Shown in pieces: positions 1 to 11,416 of a stretch of DNA of 64,000 nt. Position 1 is the stretch's first letter. Each line of letters starts with the position of its first letter. The DNA comes from Opitutaceae bacterium (GTDB taxonomy: Bacteria; Verrucomicrobiota; Verrucomicrobiia; Opitutales; Opitutaceae), in NCBI GenBank assembly GCA_044226505.1, contig JBGAGU010000002.1, positions 686,559-750,558 on the forward strand. The letters are read 5' to 3'. The position numbers were made by a program, and so were the translations under genes. The notes under the pieces are model-generated. The model worked only from the letters and a program-made list of their open reading frames with translations, had not been told where the DNA came from and made no database searches.

Positions 1-507
1 TTCGGGCAGCGGAAACGTGCCCTCGAAGTCCACCGGGTTCTGCGTGGCAAAGACCATGAACGGCGCGCCGACCGCATGCGACTCGCCGTCGACCGTCACC
101 CGCGCGCGGTCCATCACCTCGAGCAGGGCGGACTGCGTCTTCGGGGTGGTGCGGTTGATTTCATCGGCCAGCACGATGTGGGCGAAAACCGGGCCTTTCT
201 TGAAAACGAATTCCTTCACCGTGTCGTCGTAGACGGCCACGCCGGTGACGTCGCCGGGCAGCAGGTCGCTGGTGAATTGCACGCGCGAGAACGAGCAGTC
301 CATCGAGCGGGCGAGCGAATACGCCAGGGTGGTCTTGCCCACGCCGGGCAAATCCTCGATCAGCAGGTGGCCGCCGGCGACCAGGCAGATCAGCACCTGA
401 TCGATCACGTCGTCCTTGCCGCGAATGGAGGCCCGCATGTTCTCGCGCAGGCGATCGATGCAACCCTTGGCTTCTGCGATCCGCGCGGCCGGCAGGAAAT
501 CACTCAT
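1..507 (-). CDS. MoxR-like AAA+ ATPase (N-terminal 169 aa; gene continues beyond window start)
   Basis: Own minus-strand translation from ATG at 505-507: [20 protein letters not shown]...[21 protein letters not shown] (Walker A)...[22 protein letters not shown] (Walker B / AAA_3 signature). It is absent from the ORF track because it runs off the window edge. Confidence 0.85.
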   Translation of the reverse strand, partial: MSDFLPAARIAEAKGCIDRLRENMRASIRGKDDVIDQVLICLVAGGHLLIEDLPGVGKTTLAYSLARSMDCSFSRVQFTSDLLPGDVTGVAVYDDTVKEFVFKKGPVFAHIVLADEINRTTPKTQSALLEVMDRARVTVDGESHAVGAPFMVFATQNPVDFEGTFPLPE

Positions 508-609
508 GGGCCGCGAGCTTGCCGGATGCCTCCGCAGCGTCAAACCGACGTTGGCGCCGGCCTTGGCAAGCAATACTTAGACGGCTCCTCCGTGTCTCCC
601 GCCCCGCGC

Positions 610-1308
610 TCAAGCGAGGATTTCCAGCAGCCGCACGAAGAGCCGGTTCACCTTCGCCTGGTTGTCCTTCACGAGGTCCTTGAACTTGGCGAAGTCGATT
701 TCCGTGCCCTCGAGGCCGTTCGCGTAGTTGTCGATCAGGGCGAGGCTGTTGTAGCGCAGGCCGGCCTCGGTGCACAGGTCGGCCTCGTGCGCCGCCGTCA
801 TCCCAATCACGTCGCCCCAGTGCTGCACGATCTTGATCTCGGCTTTCGTCTCAAAACGGGGCCCGCGCATCTGCACGTAGACTTTTCCCGGGTGAATCGT
901 GAACTCGGGCGCGAGCGCGGGGACAATTTTCGGGATGAGATTGTTGGCCATGCCGGGCGCCCCGCCCTTCAGCTCGGTGTCGAAAAATGTCGCCGGGCCC
1001 TGCTGCAACCCGACGTAGTCGCTGCAGGAGACGAAGGTGCCGGGCGGCAGCTCCTTCTTCAGCGAGCCCACGGAGTTGAGCGACACGATGTCCTGGTAGC
1101 CGAGCTGCGCGAGCGCCGCGATGTTGGCGCGGTAGTTGATCGAATGCGGCGGCAACGGAAAGGCGTAGCCATGGCGGTTGATCAGCACGAAATCGCCCTT
1201 GGCCTTGTAGGTCACGGCCCCGTGCTTGGTCTCGACCGTCTTCACCTCCCACGCCGAGAAGAGCGTGGAGTTGACGATGCTCGTGCCACTGATGAACGCG
1301 ACTTTCAT
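610..1308 (-). CDS. Purine nucleoside / 5'-methylthioadenosine phosphorylase family protein
   Basis: 232-aa ORF with a PNP/MTAP-like pattern: INRHGYAFPLPPHSINYRANIAALAQLGY, MRGPRFETKAEI, GDVIGMTAAHEA. Confidence 0.8.
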   Translation of the reverse strand: MKVAFISGTSIVNSTLFSAWEVKTVETKHGAVTYKAKGDFVLINRHGYAFPLPPHSINYRANIAALAQLGYQDIVSLNSVGSLKKELPPGTFVSCSDYVGLQQGPATFFDTELKGGAPGMANNLIPKIVPALAPEFTIHPGKVYVQMRGPRFETKAEIKIVQHWGDVIGMTAAHEADLCTEAGLRYNSLALIDNYANGLEGTEIDFAKFKDLVKDNQAKVNRLFVRLLEILA

Positions 1309-1398
1309 GCTGGCGACTCACGCGGGCGCCACCAGCGATGACAACGCGAAAACTTGCGACGCGCCGCCACGCGGAGTGAAGTCACGCGCGCCGCCGCC

Positions 1399-2361
1399 AT
1401 GCCCCTCATCGACCTCCCCCTGCCCGAACTGCTCGAGTATCCCGGACGCAACCCGCGGCCCGCCGACCACGACGCCTATTGGGCCGCCGCGCTCGCCGAG
1501 CTCGATGCCACGCCACCCCGCCCCGAGCTGCGGCCGAGCGGCGCGATTGCGCCGCGCAACGTCGAGGCCTTTGACCTGCTCTTCACCGGCGTGGGCGACG
1601 CGCGCATCTACGCGAAATACCTCCGTCCGCGCGGCGCGGGCAAGCACCCCGCCGTGCTCCAGTTTCACGGCTACGCCGGCCACACGGGCGACTGGCTCGA
1701 CAAGCTCGGCTGGCCCGCCGAGGGCTTCTGCTACGCCGCGATGGACTGCCGCGGCCAGGGCGGGCGCTCCGAGGACAGCGGCCGCGTGCTCGGCACCACG
1801 CTGCGCGGCCACATCATCCGCGGCCTCGACGATCCGGATCCGCGGCGCCTCGCGTTTCGGCAGATTTTCTTGGACACGGTGCAGCTCGCGCGCGTGGTGA
1901 TGAGCTTCGCCGAGGTCGATGCGGGGCGAGTCGGTTGCTTCGGCGCGTCGCAGGGCGGCGCGCTCTCGCTCGCGTGCGCGGCGCTCGAGCCTCGCATCCG
2001 CCGCACCGCGCCGGTCTTCCCCTTCCTGTGCGACTACCAGCGCGTCTGGGAAATGGATCAGGCCAAGGACGCCTACGAGGAGCTGCGCCTCTATTTCCGC
2101 CACCACGACCCGCGCCACGAACGCGAGGCGGAGGTCTTCACGAAGCTCGGCTACATCGACGTGCAGCACCTCGCGCCGCGCATCCGCGCCGAGACGCTCA
2201 TGTTCACGAGCCTGATGGACACCATCTGCCCGCCCAGCTCGCAGTTCGCCGCCTACAACAAGATCAAGGCGAAGAAAAATCACGTCCTCTACCCCGACTT
2301 CGGCCACGAGACCCTACCCGGGCAGATTGACCGGACATTCGCGTTTATGCAGGGGCTGTGA
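1399..2361 (+). CDS. Acetyl xylan esterase / cephalosporin-C deacetylase (CE7, AXE1 family)
   Basis: ORF 1354..2361, with the start moved to ATG 1399 (MPLIDLPLPELLEYPG). Shows VLQFHGYAGHTGDW, the nucleophile elbow CFGASQGGALSLA and a C-terminal YPDFGHE. Confidence 0.85.
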   Translation: MPLIDLPLPELLEYPGRNPRPADHDAYWAAALAELDATPPRPELRPSGAIAPRNVEAFDLLFTGVGDARIYAKYLRPRGAGKHPAVLQFHGYAGHTGDWLDKLGWPAEGFCYAAMDCRGQGGRSEDSGRVLGTTLRGHIIRGLDDPDPRRLAFRQIFLDTVQLARVVMSFAEVDAGRVGCFGASQGGALSLACAALEPRIRRTAPVFPFLCDYQRVWEMDQAKDAYEELRLYFRHHDPRHEREAEVFTKLGYIDVQHLAPRIRAETLMFTSLMDTICPPSSQFAAYNKIKAKKNHVLYPDFGHETLPGQIDRTFAFMQGL

Positions 2362-2426
2362 CGCAACGCGCCGCCACAGGCGGCTTGTCAACGCCCTCAC
2401 CGAGGCCCAAGGTCGCGCCTCGCTGC

Positions 2427-3170
2427 ATGTCCGCTCCCGCCGAAAACGTCCCGCAACACGTCGCCATCATCATGGATGGCAACGGCCGCTGGGCGAAGCA
2501 ACGCGGCCTGCCGCGCATCGAGGGGCACCGGCGCGGCGTCGAGACCGTGCGCACCACCACGTTTGCCGCCCGCGACCTCGGCGTGCGAATGCTCACGCTC
2601 TACGCCTTTTCCATCGAGAATTGGAAGCGCCCGCAGGACGAGGTTGGCGCGCTCATGGGCCTGCTGGAGTATTACCTGAAGAAGGAGCTCGAGACCTTCG
2701 TCCGCGACCGCGTGCGCCTGCGCACGATCGGCCGCACCGAGGAGCTGCCGGCCGGCGTGCAGAAGCTGCTCCGCGTCACGATGGAGGAGACCAAGCACTT
2801 CACCGACTACACGCTCGTCCTCGCGCTCAACTACGGTGCGCGCACCGAGATCGTCGACGCCGCGCGCGCCTACGCGGCGGCGGTCGCCGCCGGCAAGGAG
2901 AAGCTCAACGACAACTCGTGGGCGACCTTCAGCCGCTACCTCTACACGGGCGACATGCCCGACCCCGACCTCGTGATTCGCACCTCGGGCGAGACGCGCA
3001 TCAGCAATTTCCTGCTCCCGCAGGCGGCCTACGCGGAGTTCATTTTCACCAAGGTGCTTTGGCCCGACTTCACGAAGGCCGACCTCGCCGCGGCGATCGC
3101 GGAGTTCAGCCGCCGCGAGCGGCGCTTCGGCCTCACGAGCGAGCAATTGAAGCCGGCGGCGGCCAAGTAG
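2427..3170 (+). CDS. uppS: Undecaprenyl (di-trans,poly-cis-decaprenylcistransferase) diphosphate synthase
   Basis: HVAIIMDGNGRWAKQRGLPR and IRTSGETRISNFLLPQAAYAEF signatures. ATG 2427 gives a typical N-terminus; the ORF track starts at GTG 2358. Confidence 0.9.
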   Translation: MSAPAENVPQHVAIIMDGNGRWAKQRGLPRIEGHRRGVETVRTTTFAARDLGVRMLTLYAFSIENWKRPQDEVGALMGLLEYYLKKELETFVRDRVRLRTIGRTEELPAGVQKLLRVTMEETKHFTDYTLVLALNYGARTEIVDAARAYAAAVAAGKEKLNDNSWATFSRYLYTGDMPDPDLVIRTSGETRISNFLLPQAAYAEFIFTKVLWPDFTKADLAAAIAEFSRRERRFGLTSEQLKPAAAK

Positions 3171-3206
3171 GCCCCGGCGGCAAACTCGACCGACTGTCCG
3201 ACCCGC

Positions 3207-4037
3207 ATGGGCAAACGCATCTTCAGCACGGTCGCGCTCTGGATCATCGTCGGTTGCGCGCTGTGGTTCTTCCGCACCACGGGCGCGCTCGTGCTCATCG
3301 GGCTCATCTCCGTGCTGACGCTCCGCGAGTTCTACGCGCTCATGCAGGCCTCGGGCTACGATCCGTTTGAGAAGTTCGGGCTCACCTTCGGCGCGCTCAT
3401 CACCTTGTCGCCGTGGATCGAGGCGAAGGTCGGCTGGCCGCTCTCGTGGCTCATCCCGCTGGCCGTGATCGTGTTTGCGGTGCGGCTGCTCGGCGAGCGC
3501 ACGCCGGACAAGCGCGTGGAGTCGCTGGCCTCGACACTGTTCGGCCTCGTGTATGTCGCGCTCCTGCTGAAATACCTCACGGCCATCGTCACGCCGCTGC
3601 CGGGCGACACCATCACGGCGGATGCACGGCTGCTCCTCTGCCTGTGGCTCGTGGCAGTGACGAAGTTCTGCGACACCGGCGCGCTGCTGAGCGGCATGGC
3701 GTTCGGGAAACACAAGATGTCGCCGCAGATCAGCCCGAAGAAGACCTGGGAAGGCGCGGTCGGCGGCGTGCTCGTCTCGATGGGCGTGGGCGCCGGCATC
3801 GCGTGGCTCGCCCGCGGGGTCTTTCCGCCGCACATGACGCCGCCCGTCGCCGCCCTCATGGCCATGCCCATCGCGATCGTGGGCATCGTGGCGGACCTCG
3901 TGGAATCGGTGCTCAAGCGCCGCGCCAACATGAAGGACTCCGGCGCGACCATCCCCGGCATCGGCGGGATGTTCGACTTGAGCGACAGCATCATCCTTGT
4001 CGCGCCGATCGGATATTATTTTTTCCGGCTGCCGTGA
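3207..4037 (+). CDS. cdsA: Phosphatidate cytidylyltransferase (CDP-diglyceride synthase)
   Basis: 276-aa polytopic membrane ORF. C-terminal CTP-transferase signature region KRRANMKDSGATIPGIGGMFDLSDS. Conserved position between uppS and dxr. Confidence 0.85.
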   Translation: MGKRIFSTVALWIIVGCALWFFRTTGALVLIGLISVLTLREFYALMQASGYDPFEKFGLTFGALITLSPWIEAKVGWPLSWLIPLAVIVFAVRLLGERTPDKRVESLASTLFGLVYVALLLKYLTAIVTPLPGDTITADARLLLCLWLVAVTKFCDTGALLSGMAFGKHKMSPQISPKKTWEGAVGGVLVSMGVGAGIAWLARGVFPPHMTPPVAALMAMPIAIVGIVADLVESVLKRRANMKDSGATIPGIGGMFDLSDSIILVAPIGYYFFRLP

Positions 4038-5248
4038 GCCGCCCCGCGACCAGCCCCGATCCGGCGCCGCGCCGGAAGCGCGTCGTCCTCCTCGGCGCCA
4101 CCGGCTCGATCGGCGAAAATACGCTGCGCGTGCTCGCCGCGCACCGCGACAAACTGGAGCTCGTCGGCATCGCGGCGCGCGCCAACTGGGAGAAGCTCGC
4201 CGGCATCGCGCGGCAATTCGGCGTGCGCCACGTGGGCGTCTTTGACGACACCGCCTTCGCCGCCGCGCGCGCCAACGCCGCGGCGTTTCCCGCGGGAACC
4301 CGCATCGTGGGCGGACTCGCCGGCCTCACCGAGCTCGCGCAGCTCCCCGCCGCCGACATCGTGCTCGTCGCGGTCGTCGGCACCACCGGCCTCGAGCCCG
4401 CGCTCGCCGCGCTCGCGGCCGGCAAGGACCTCGCGCTCGCCTCGAAGGAGATCCTCGTGCTCGCCGGGAAATTCGTGATGGCCGAAGCGCGAAAGCGCGG
4501 CGCCAAGCTCCTCCCCGTCGACAGCGAGCACAACGCGGTCTTCCAGTGCCTCGAGGGGCACCCGCACGCCGGCGTGCGCCGCATCGTGCTCACGGCCAGC
4601 GGCGGGGCGTTTCGCGACCTGCCTGCCGAAAGGCTCGCGCACGTCACGCCCGCCGACGCGCTGAAGCACCCCAACTGGGCGATGGGCCCGAAAATCACCG
4701 TCGACTCGGCGACGCTCGCCAACAAGGGCCTCGAGCTCATCGAGGCGCAGTGCCTATTCGGGCTGGCGCCGGCGCAATGCACCGCCGTGCTGCACCCGCA
4801 GAGCATCGTGCACTGCCTCGTCGAGTTCACCGACGGCGCGATGCTCGCCCAGCTCTGCCCGCCGTCGATGACATTTCCGATTCAGCACGCCCTGCTCCAC
4901 CCCGAGCGCGCGCCGGGCGTGGATGCGGCGCTGGATTTCACGCGCCTGCTGGGGCTGGAGTTCCGCCCCGTGGATGAGGGGCGCTTCCCGATGCTGCGGC
5001 TGGCCAAGGAGGCCATGGCTGCCGGCGGCGTCGCCCCCGCCGTCTACAACGCCGCCAATGAAGTGGCCGTCGCGGCCTTTCTCCGGGGCGTAATTCCCTT
5101 CCTTGCGATTCCGCGGGTAGTCGAGCAAGGTCTCGCCAGCATCAAAAACTTTGAACCCACCGATTTGCCCGCGGTCGTCGCGGTGGATCGGGAAAGCCGC
5201 CGGGTCGCCACCGCTCTCGTTTCCTCGAAACAAATCCCACCTCTGTGA
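4034..5248 (+). CDS. dxr: 1-deoxy-D-xylulose 5-phosphate reductoisomerase
   Basis: Lies in the frame of ORF 3413..5248. GTG 4034 overlaps the cdsA stop (GTGA). Shows VVLLGATGSIGENTL (NADPH site), LPVDSEHNAVFQCL and NKGLELIEA. Confidence 0.9.
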   Translation: MSRPATSPDPAPRRKRVVLLGATGSIGENTLRVLAAHRDKLELVGIAARANWEKLAGIARQFGVRHVGVFDDTAFAAARANAAAFPAGTRIVGGLAGLTELAQLPAADIVLVAVVGTTGLEPALAALAAGKDLALASKEILVLAGKFVMAEARKRGAKLLPVDSEHNAVFQCLEGHPHAGVRRIVLTASGGAFRDLPAERLAHVTPADALKHPNWAMGPKITVDSATLANKGLELIEAQCLFGLAPAQCTAVLHPQSIVHCLVEFTDGAMLAQLCPPSMTFPIQHALLHPERAPGVDAALDFTRLLGLEFRPVDEGRFPMLRLAKEAMAAGGVAPAVYNAANEVAVAAFLRGVIPFLAIPRVVEQGLASIKNFEPTDLPAVVAVDRESRRVATALVSSKQIPPL

Positions 5249-6651
5249 TCGATCTCCTTAGCGCCATCGCCTCCAACGTCTGGGCTGTCTTCCTGGTTGT
5301 GCTGCTTTTCGGCGGCTCAATCTTTGTCCACGAGCTCGGGCACTTCCTCGCCGCCCGCCGCCGTGGCGCGAAGGTGGAGCGGTTTTCCATCGGCTTTGGC
5401 CCGCCCATCTGGTCGCGGCGCGCCAAGGACGGCGTGGAATACCGTGTCTCGTGGTTTCCTTTGGGCGGCTACGTGCTGCTGCCCCAGCTCGCCGACCTCG
5501 GCGCCATCGAGGGCGCCAGCGAGACCGACGTCGCCAAGCTCCCGCCCGTCTCCTACGCCACCAAGATGATCGTCTTTGGGGCCGGTGCGTTCTTCAACAT
5601 CCTCTTCGCCCTCGGCCTGGCCTGCATCGTCTGGTTCGTCGGCCAGCCCACCGAAGGCGACTCGACCACCGTCGCCGAGGTCGTCCCGACGGTCAAAAAC
5701 GCCGATGGCAAGGACGTGCCGAGCCCCGCGGTGAAGGCCGGCCTGCGCGTGGGGGACGTGATTCTCGAGGTCGACGGCGAGGAGGTCGAGACCTTCTCCG
5801 AGGTGCGCGAGCGCATCGCGCTCAGCAGCGGCTGGTCGAAGGACGGCGAGCGCCAGATCGTGTTCAAGGTCCGGCGCGGCAACGAGGTGCTTGAACTGCC
5901 CATCAATCCCGTGATCAGCGGCCGGGAAAAACTCCGGGTGGTCGGCTTCGTCGCCGAGCAAAAGCTCATCGTCGGTGCCATTAACGCAGGGTCCGCGGTG
6001 CAGCGCGCGGGCCTCCAGATCGAGGATGTCATCGTGTCGGTGAACGACACCGCCGTGCGCACCGGCGGCCAGCTGGTCACGGCGCTCAAGGCCGCGCCAA
6101 AGACATTCCGGCTCGGCGTGAAGCGCGGCGATCAGGCGCTCGCTCTCACCGTCGAGCGCACCCCCGACGCCAAGGACAATGTCGACGTCGGGATCCTCGC
6201 GTTCAAGAGCGGCATCATTTTCACCTATCCGGATCCGCTCGAGCAGGTCGGCAACGCCGTGCGCATGACCGTGCGCAACCTGGGGGCGGTGCTCAACCGC
6301 CGCTCCGACGTAAACGTGTCCCACTTCACCGGCCCAATCGGGATCATCAGCAGCTTCTTCGACGTGGCGCGGGCCGGCATCCCGTTTGCGCTGTGGTTCA
6401 CCATCATCGTCAACGTGAACCTCGCGATTTTCAACCTGCTGCCGCTGCCCATCCTCGACGGCGGACAGATGCTCTTCGCCACCATCGCGCGCCTCCGGGG
6501 CCGGCCCTTGCCGCTCAATTTCATCATGGCCGCGCAGAGCGTATTTCTGGTCCTGCTCCTCTCGATGATTCTCTACGTGAGCTTTTTCGACGTGCGGCGG
6601 CGCCTGGACTGGAGATCGGAACCCGCTCCCGCGGCCGCCCCGGCGAAGTAA
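5245..6651 (+). CDS. rseP: RIP site-2 zinc metalloprotease (M50) with PDZ domains
   Basis: HELGHFLAARRRG (HExxH), two PDZ-like segments, and NLLPLPILDGG near the C-terminus. GTG start overlaps the dxr stop. Confidence 0.9.
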   Translation: MIDLLSAIASNVWAVFLVVLLFGGSIFVHELGHFLAARRRGAKVERFSIGFGPPIWSRRAKDGVEYRVSWFPLGGYVLLPQLADLGAIEGASETDVAKLPPVSYATKMIVFGAGAFFNILFALGLACIVWFVGQPTEGDSTTVAEVVPTVKNADGKDVPSPAVKAGLRVGDVILEVDGEEVETFSEVRERIALSSGWSKDGERQIVFKVRRGNEVLELPINPVISGREKLRVVGFVAEQKLIVGAINAGSAVQRAGLQIEDVIVSVNDTAVRTGGQLVTALKAAPKTFRLGVKRGDQALALTVERTPDAKDNVDVGILAFKSGIIFTYPDPLEQVGNAVRMTVRNLGAVLNRRSDVNVSHFTGPIGIISSFFDVARAGIPFALWFTIIVNVNLAIFNLLPLPILDGGQMLFATIARLRGRPLPLNFIMAAQSVFLVLLLSMILYVSFFDVRRRLDWRSEPAPAAAPAK

Positions 6652-6713
6652 TCCGAACCGGCGGCAGCGCAGCTTGAAAGGCGCGCCGCGCCGACAACAC
6701 TGCGGACCTCGCC

Positions 6714-8762
<2,049 letters not shown>

Positions 8763-8944
8763 CCATCCGGCGCCCGTATTCGCGGGGCTGCGCGCGACGC
8801 CGTATCGCAACCCACCGCACCCCCGGGGAACGGCTTCCCAAGCCACGCGCCATGTCGTAATTTTTTTCCTATTACATCATGCCTTGGCGCGGATTCGCGC
8901 GCCGGATTTTCTCCCGCCGTGGCAACCCAAAAATCGCCGGAAGT

Positions 8945-8978
8945 TGTGCGCGATCGCATGTGAACAAGTTGTGGGAAA
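8945..8978. promoter_or_regulatory. Cluster of weak DnaA-box-like sites (TGTGCGCGA, TGTGAACAA, TGTGGGAAA) with a repeated AAGTTGTG motif
   Basis: Read directly. TGTGAACAA is at 8959-8967 and TGTGGGAAA at 8970-8978; each has 2 mismatches to the reverse complement of TTATCCACA. An AT-rich tract lies at 8858-8880 nearby. Confidence 0.3.
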
Positions 8979-9243
8979 GTTGGCCTTGAAACGCATTTTT
9001 GGTTCGCAGTTATTGCCCCCTCGTCCACGCCTGAACCGCCCCCGGACTGTTCTTTCCCATGTCGCATGAGCTTGGCTCCTCGACGCCCGTAGCAACACCA
9101 CTCGCTAGCCGTTTTCCGCCAACGTTTTCCGTTTCCATCTCACCCAGCCCTTTTGCCGTTGGCGGCGACCCACTACTTTCGTTGCCGCGAACGCAGACAG
9201 GATCGGCCCCTTCGGCATGATGGAGCACCCTTCGGCGGAGCAG

Positions 9244-9252
9244 TGTGAATAA
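9244..9252 (-). promoter_or_regulatory. DnaA box (TTATTCACA, 8/9 match to TTATCCACA) just upstream of the dnaA ATG
   Basis: The plus strand reads TGTGAATAA at 9244-9252, 23 nt upstream of ATG 9275. This is consistent with dnaA autoregulation. Confidence 0.45.
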
Positions 9253-9274
9253 ACCTGCCATCCCTCGCCTGTCC

Positions 9275-10666
9275 ATGACCTCCACGTCCCTCTCCCCCAG
9301 CTTATGGGAAACGGTGAAGTGCGACTTCAAGTCGCTCTTCCCGGAGGACGTTTTCCAGATGTGGTTCGAACCCGTCGTGTGCCTCGAGGCCTCCGCCGAC
9401 TCCATCACGCTGGGTGTCCCGAATGACTTCGCCGCGATCTGGATTCACGACAACTACCTCGACCTCATCACCCAGCGCCTGCGCATCACCGCGGGCCGGA
9501 TGGTCAATGTCACGCTGCGCAAGACCGAGGCTCCCGTCCGCCCGGCCGCCGCCGCCCCGGCCACCCGCGCCCACACCGAGCTGACGCGGGTCCGCGCGGG
9601 CACCGCGCGGCGTGCGCCGCGCTCCGAAGACCGCGGCGCGGCCACCGCCACGCTCAATCCGCGCAACACGTTCGAGACCTTTGTCGTCGGCGCCAACAAC
9701 CAGATGGCGCATGCCGCCGCGATGGCCGTCGCACAGGCGCCCGCGCAGGCCTACAATCCGCTTTTCCTCTACGGCGATACCGGCCTCGGCAAGACCCACC
9801 TGATGCACGCCATCGGGCACACCGTCCTCCGCCACAACCCCGACGCCCGCGTCGCCTACCTCTCGACCGAGAAGTTCACCAACGAGTTCATCCAGGCGCT
9901 GCAGGAAAACGCCCTCACCCGCTTCCGGCAGCGCTATCGCCATGTGGACATCCTCCTGATCGACGACGTCCAGTTCCTCGCCGGCAAGGAGCGCATCCAG
10001 GAGGAGTTCTTCCACACCTTCAACGACCTCTTCGAGTCCGGCCGGCAAATCGTCCTCTCCAGCGACCGGCGCGCGAGCGAGATCGCCAAGCTCGAGTCGC
10101 GCTTGGTCTCGCGCTTCGAGTGGGGCCTGCCCGCCGATATCCAGGCGCCCGACCTCGAGACCCGCCTCGCCATCCTTCGCACCAAGGCGCAAACGCTCAA
10201 CTGCGCGCTGCCCGACGCGATCCTGAATTTCATCGCGCAGAACATCACGCGCAACATCCGCCGCCTTGAAGGCGCGCTGCTCAAGGTCTCCAGCTACTCC
10301 GCCCTGACAAGCAAGCCCATCGACCTGCCGACCGCGGAGCGCCTCCTGCACGACGTGCTGATGGAGCAGGCGCAAAACGTCCTCACCATCGAGGTCATCC
10401 AGAAACGCGTCGCCGATCACTTCCAGATCCGCCACAGCGACATGACCAGCAAGCGCCGGCCCAGCAACATCGCCTTCCCCCGGCAGGTCGCGATGTATCT
10501 CTCGCGCACGCTCACCAAGCATTCCCTCCAGGAAATCGGCGATGCCTTCGGCGGCCGTGACCACGGCACCGTCATCCACGCCTGCAAGACCGTCGACAAC
10601 ATGTGCGAGCAGGACACCTCGACGCGCAACAGCGTGGACTTCCTGAAGGCCCAGCTCTCGAAGTGA
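9275..10666 (+). CDS. dnaA: Chromosomal replication initiator protein DnaA
   Basis: LWETVKCDFKSLF N-terminal domain, Walker A GDTGLGKTHLM, LLIDDVQFL, and the C-terminal DNA-binding region RQVAMYLSRTLT...LQEIGDAFGGRDHGTVIHA. The ORF track starts at GTG 9245; ATG 9275 is preferred. Confidence 0.95.
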   Translation: MTSTSLSPSLWETVKCDFKSLFPEDVFQMWFEPVVCLEASADSITLGVPNDFAAIWIHDNYLDLITQRLRITAGRMVNVTLRKTEAPVRPAAAAPATRAHTELTRVRAGTARRAPRSEDRGAATATLNPRNTFETFVVGANNQMAHAAAMAVAQAPAQAYNPLFLYGDTGLGKTHLMHAIGHTVLRHNPDARVAYLSTEKFTNEFIQALQENALTRFRQRYRHVDILLIDDVQFLAGKERIQEEFFHTFNDLFESGRQIVLSSDRRASEIAKLESRLVSRFEWGLPADIQAPDLETRLAILRTKAQTLNCALPDAILNFIAQNITRNIRRLEGALLKVSSYSALTSKPIDLPTAERLLHDVLMEQAQNVLTIEVIQKRVADHFQIRHSDMTSKRRPSNIAFPRQVAMYLSRTLTKHSLQEIGDAFGGRDHGTVIHACKTVDNMCEQDTSTRNSVDFLKAQLSK

Positions 10667-10716
10667 GTCGCCGCGGCGCCGAGCCGGCCGGCCGGCACCG
10701 CGCCAGGTGACAGTTG

Positions 10717-10746
10717 AAACCAGCGCCGAGTCGCGCTAGCTGGTTT
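10717..10746 (+). terminator. Possible hairpin terminator after dnaA
   Basis: AAACCAGCG...CGC(TA)GCTGGTTT imperfect stem followed by GATT. The U-tract is weak. Confidence 0.3.
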
Positions 10747-10786
10747 GATTCCTCACCCTTCGCCATCTCAACCTTCACTCCCTCGC

Positions 10787-11401
10787 ATGTCCCTCACTCC
10801 TGAGCAAAAGGCCGCCGTCGCCTCCTGGGTCGCCGCTGGCGACGGCCTCTCCGCGGTGCAGAAAAAACTCGGCGAACAGTTCAAGCTCTCGCTCACCTAT
10901 CGCGACGTGCGCTTCCTCGTCGACGACCTCAACCTCGAGCTCAAGGACGCGGCCCCCAAGGTCGACGCAAGTGATGTCACCAAGGCCCAGCCCGCCGCCG
11001 CCGGGACCGCGTCGCCCCAGCCAAAGCCGGCTGCGGCCGCGGAAAAGAAGGGCTTCCTCGACAAGGCCAAGGAAAAGCTCGGCCTCGCCAAGGACGAGCC
11101 CGCCGAACCCGACCCCGAATTCTCCGACGGCCCCGATCCGCTCGAGGAGGACGAGGCCGGCGCCCTGCCGCCCGGCCTCGCCAACGTAAAGGTCGAGGTC
11201 GACAAGAAGACCCTCATCCCCGGCGCCATCGCGAGCGGCAGCGTGACCTTCAGCGACGGCGTCACCGGCAACTGGATCGTCGATCAATACGGCCGCCCCG
11301 GCTTCACCAAGATCAGCAAGGAAGGCTACCGCCCGTCGCCCGACGACGCGCAGGCCTTCATGCAGGAGCTGAACCTCGCGCTGCAAAAGCTGGGGTATTG
11401 A
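10787..11401 (+). CDS. Hypothetical protein (small N-terminal domain, Pro/Ala/Glu-rich linker, C-terminal domain)
   Basis: ORF 10745..11401, with ATG 10787 giving MSLTPEQKAAVASWVAAGDG. Codon usage resembles its neighbours. No family recognised. Confidence 0.5.
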   Translation: MSLTPEQKAAVASWVAAGDGLSAVQKKLGEQFKLSLTYRDVRFLVDDLNLELKDAAPKVDASDVTKAQPAAAGTASPQPKPAAAAEKKGFLDKAKEKLGLAKDEPAEPDPEFSDGPDPLEEDEAGALPPGLANVKVEVDKKTLIPGAIASGSVTFSDGVTGNWIVDQYGRPGFTKISKEGYRPSPDDAQAFMQELNLALQKLGY

Positions 11402-11416
11402 GCGCGCACTTTCCGC

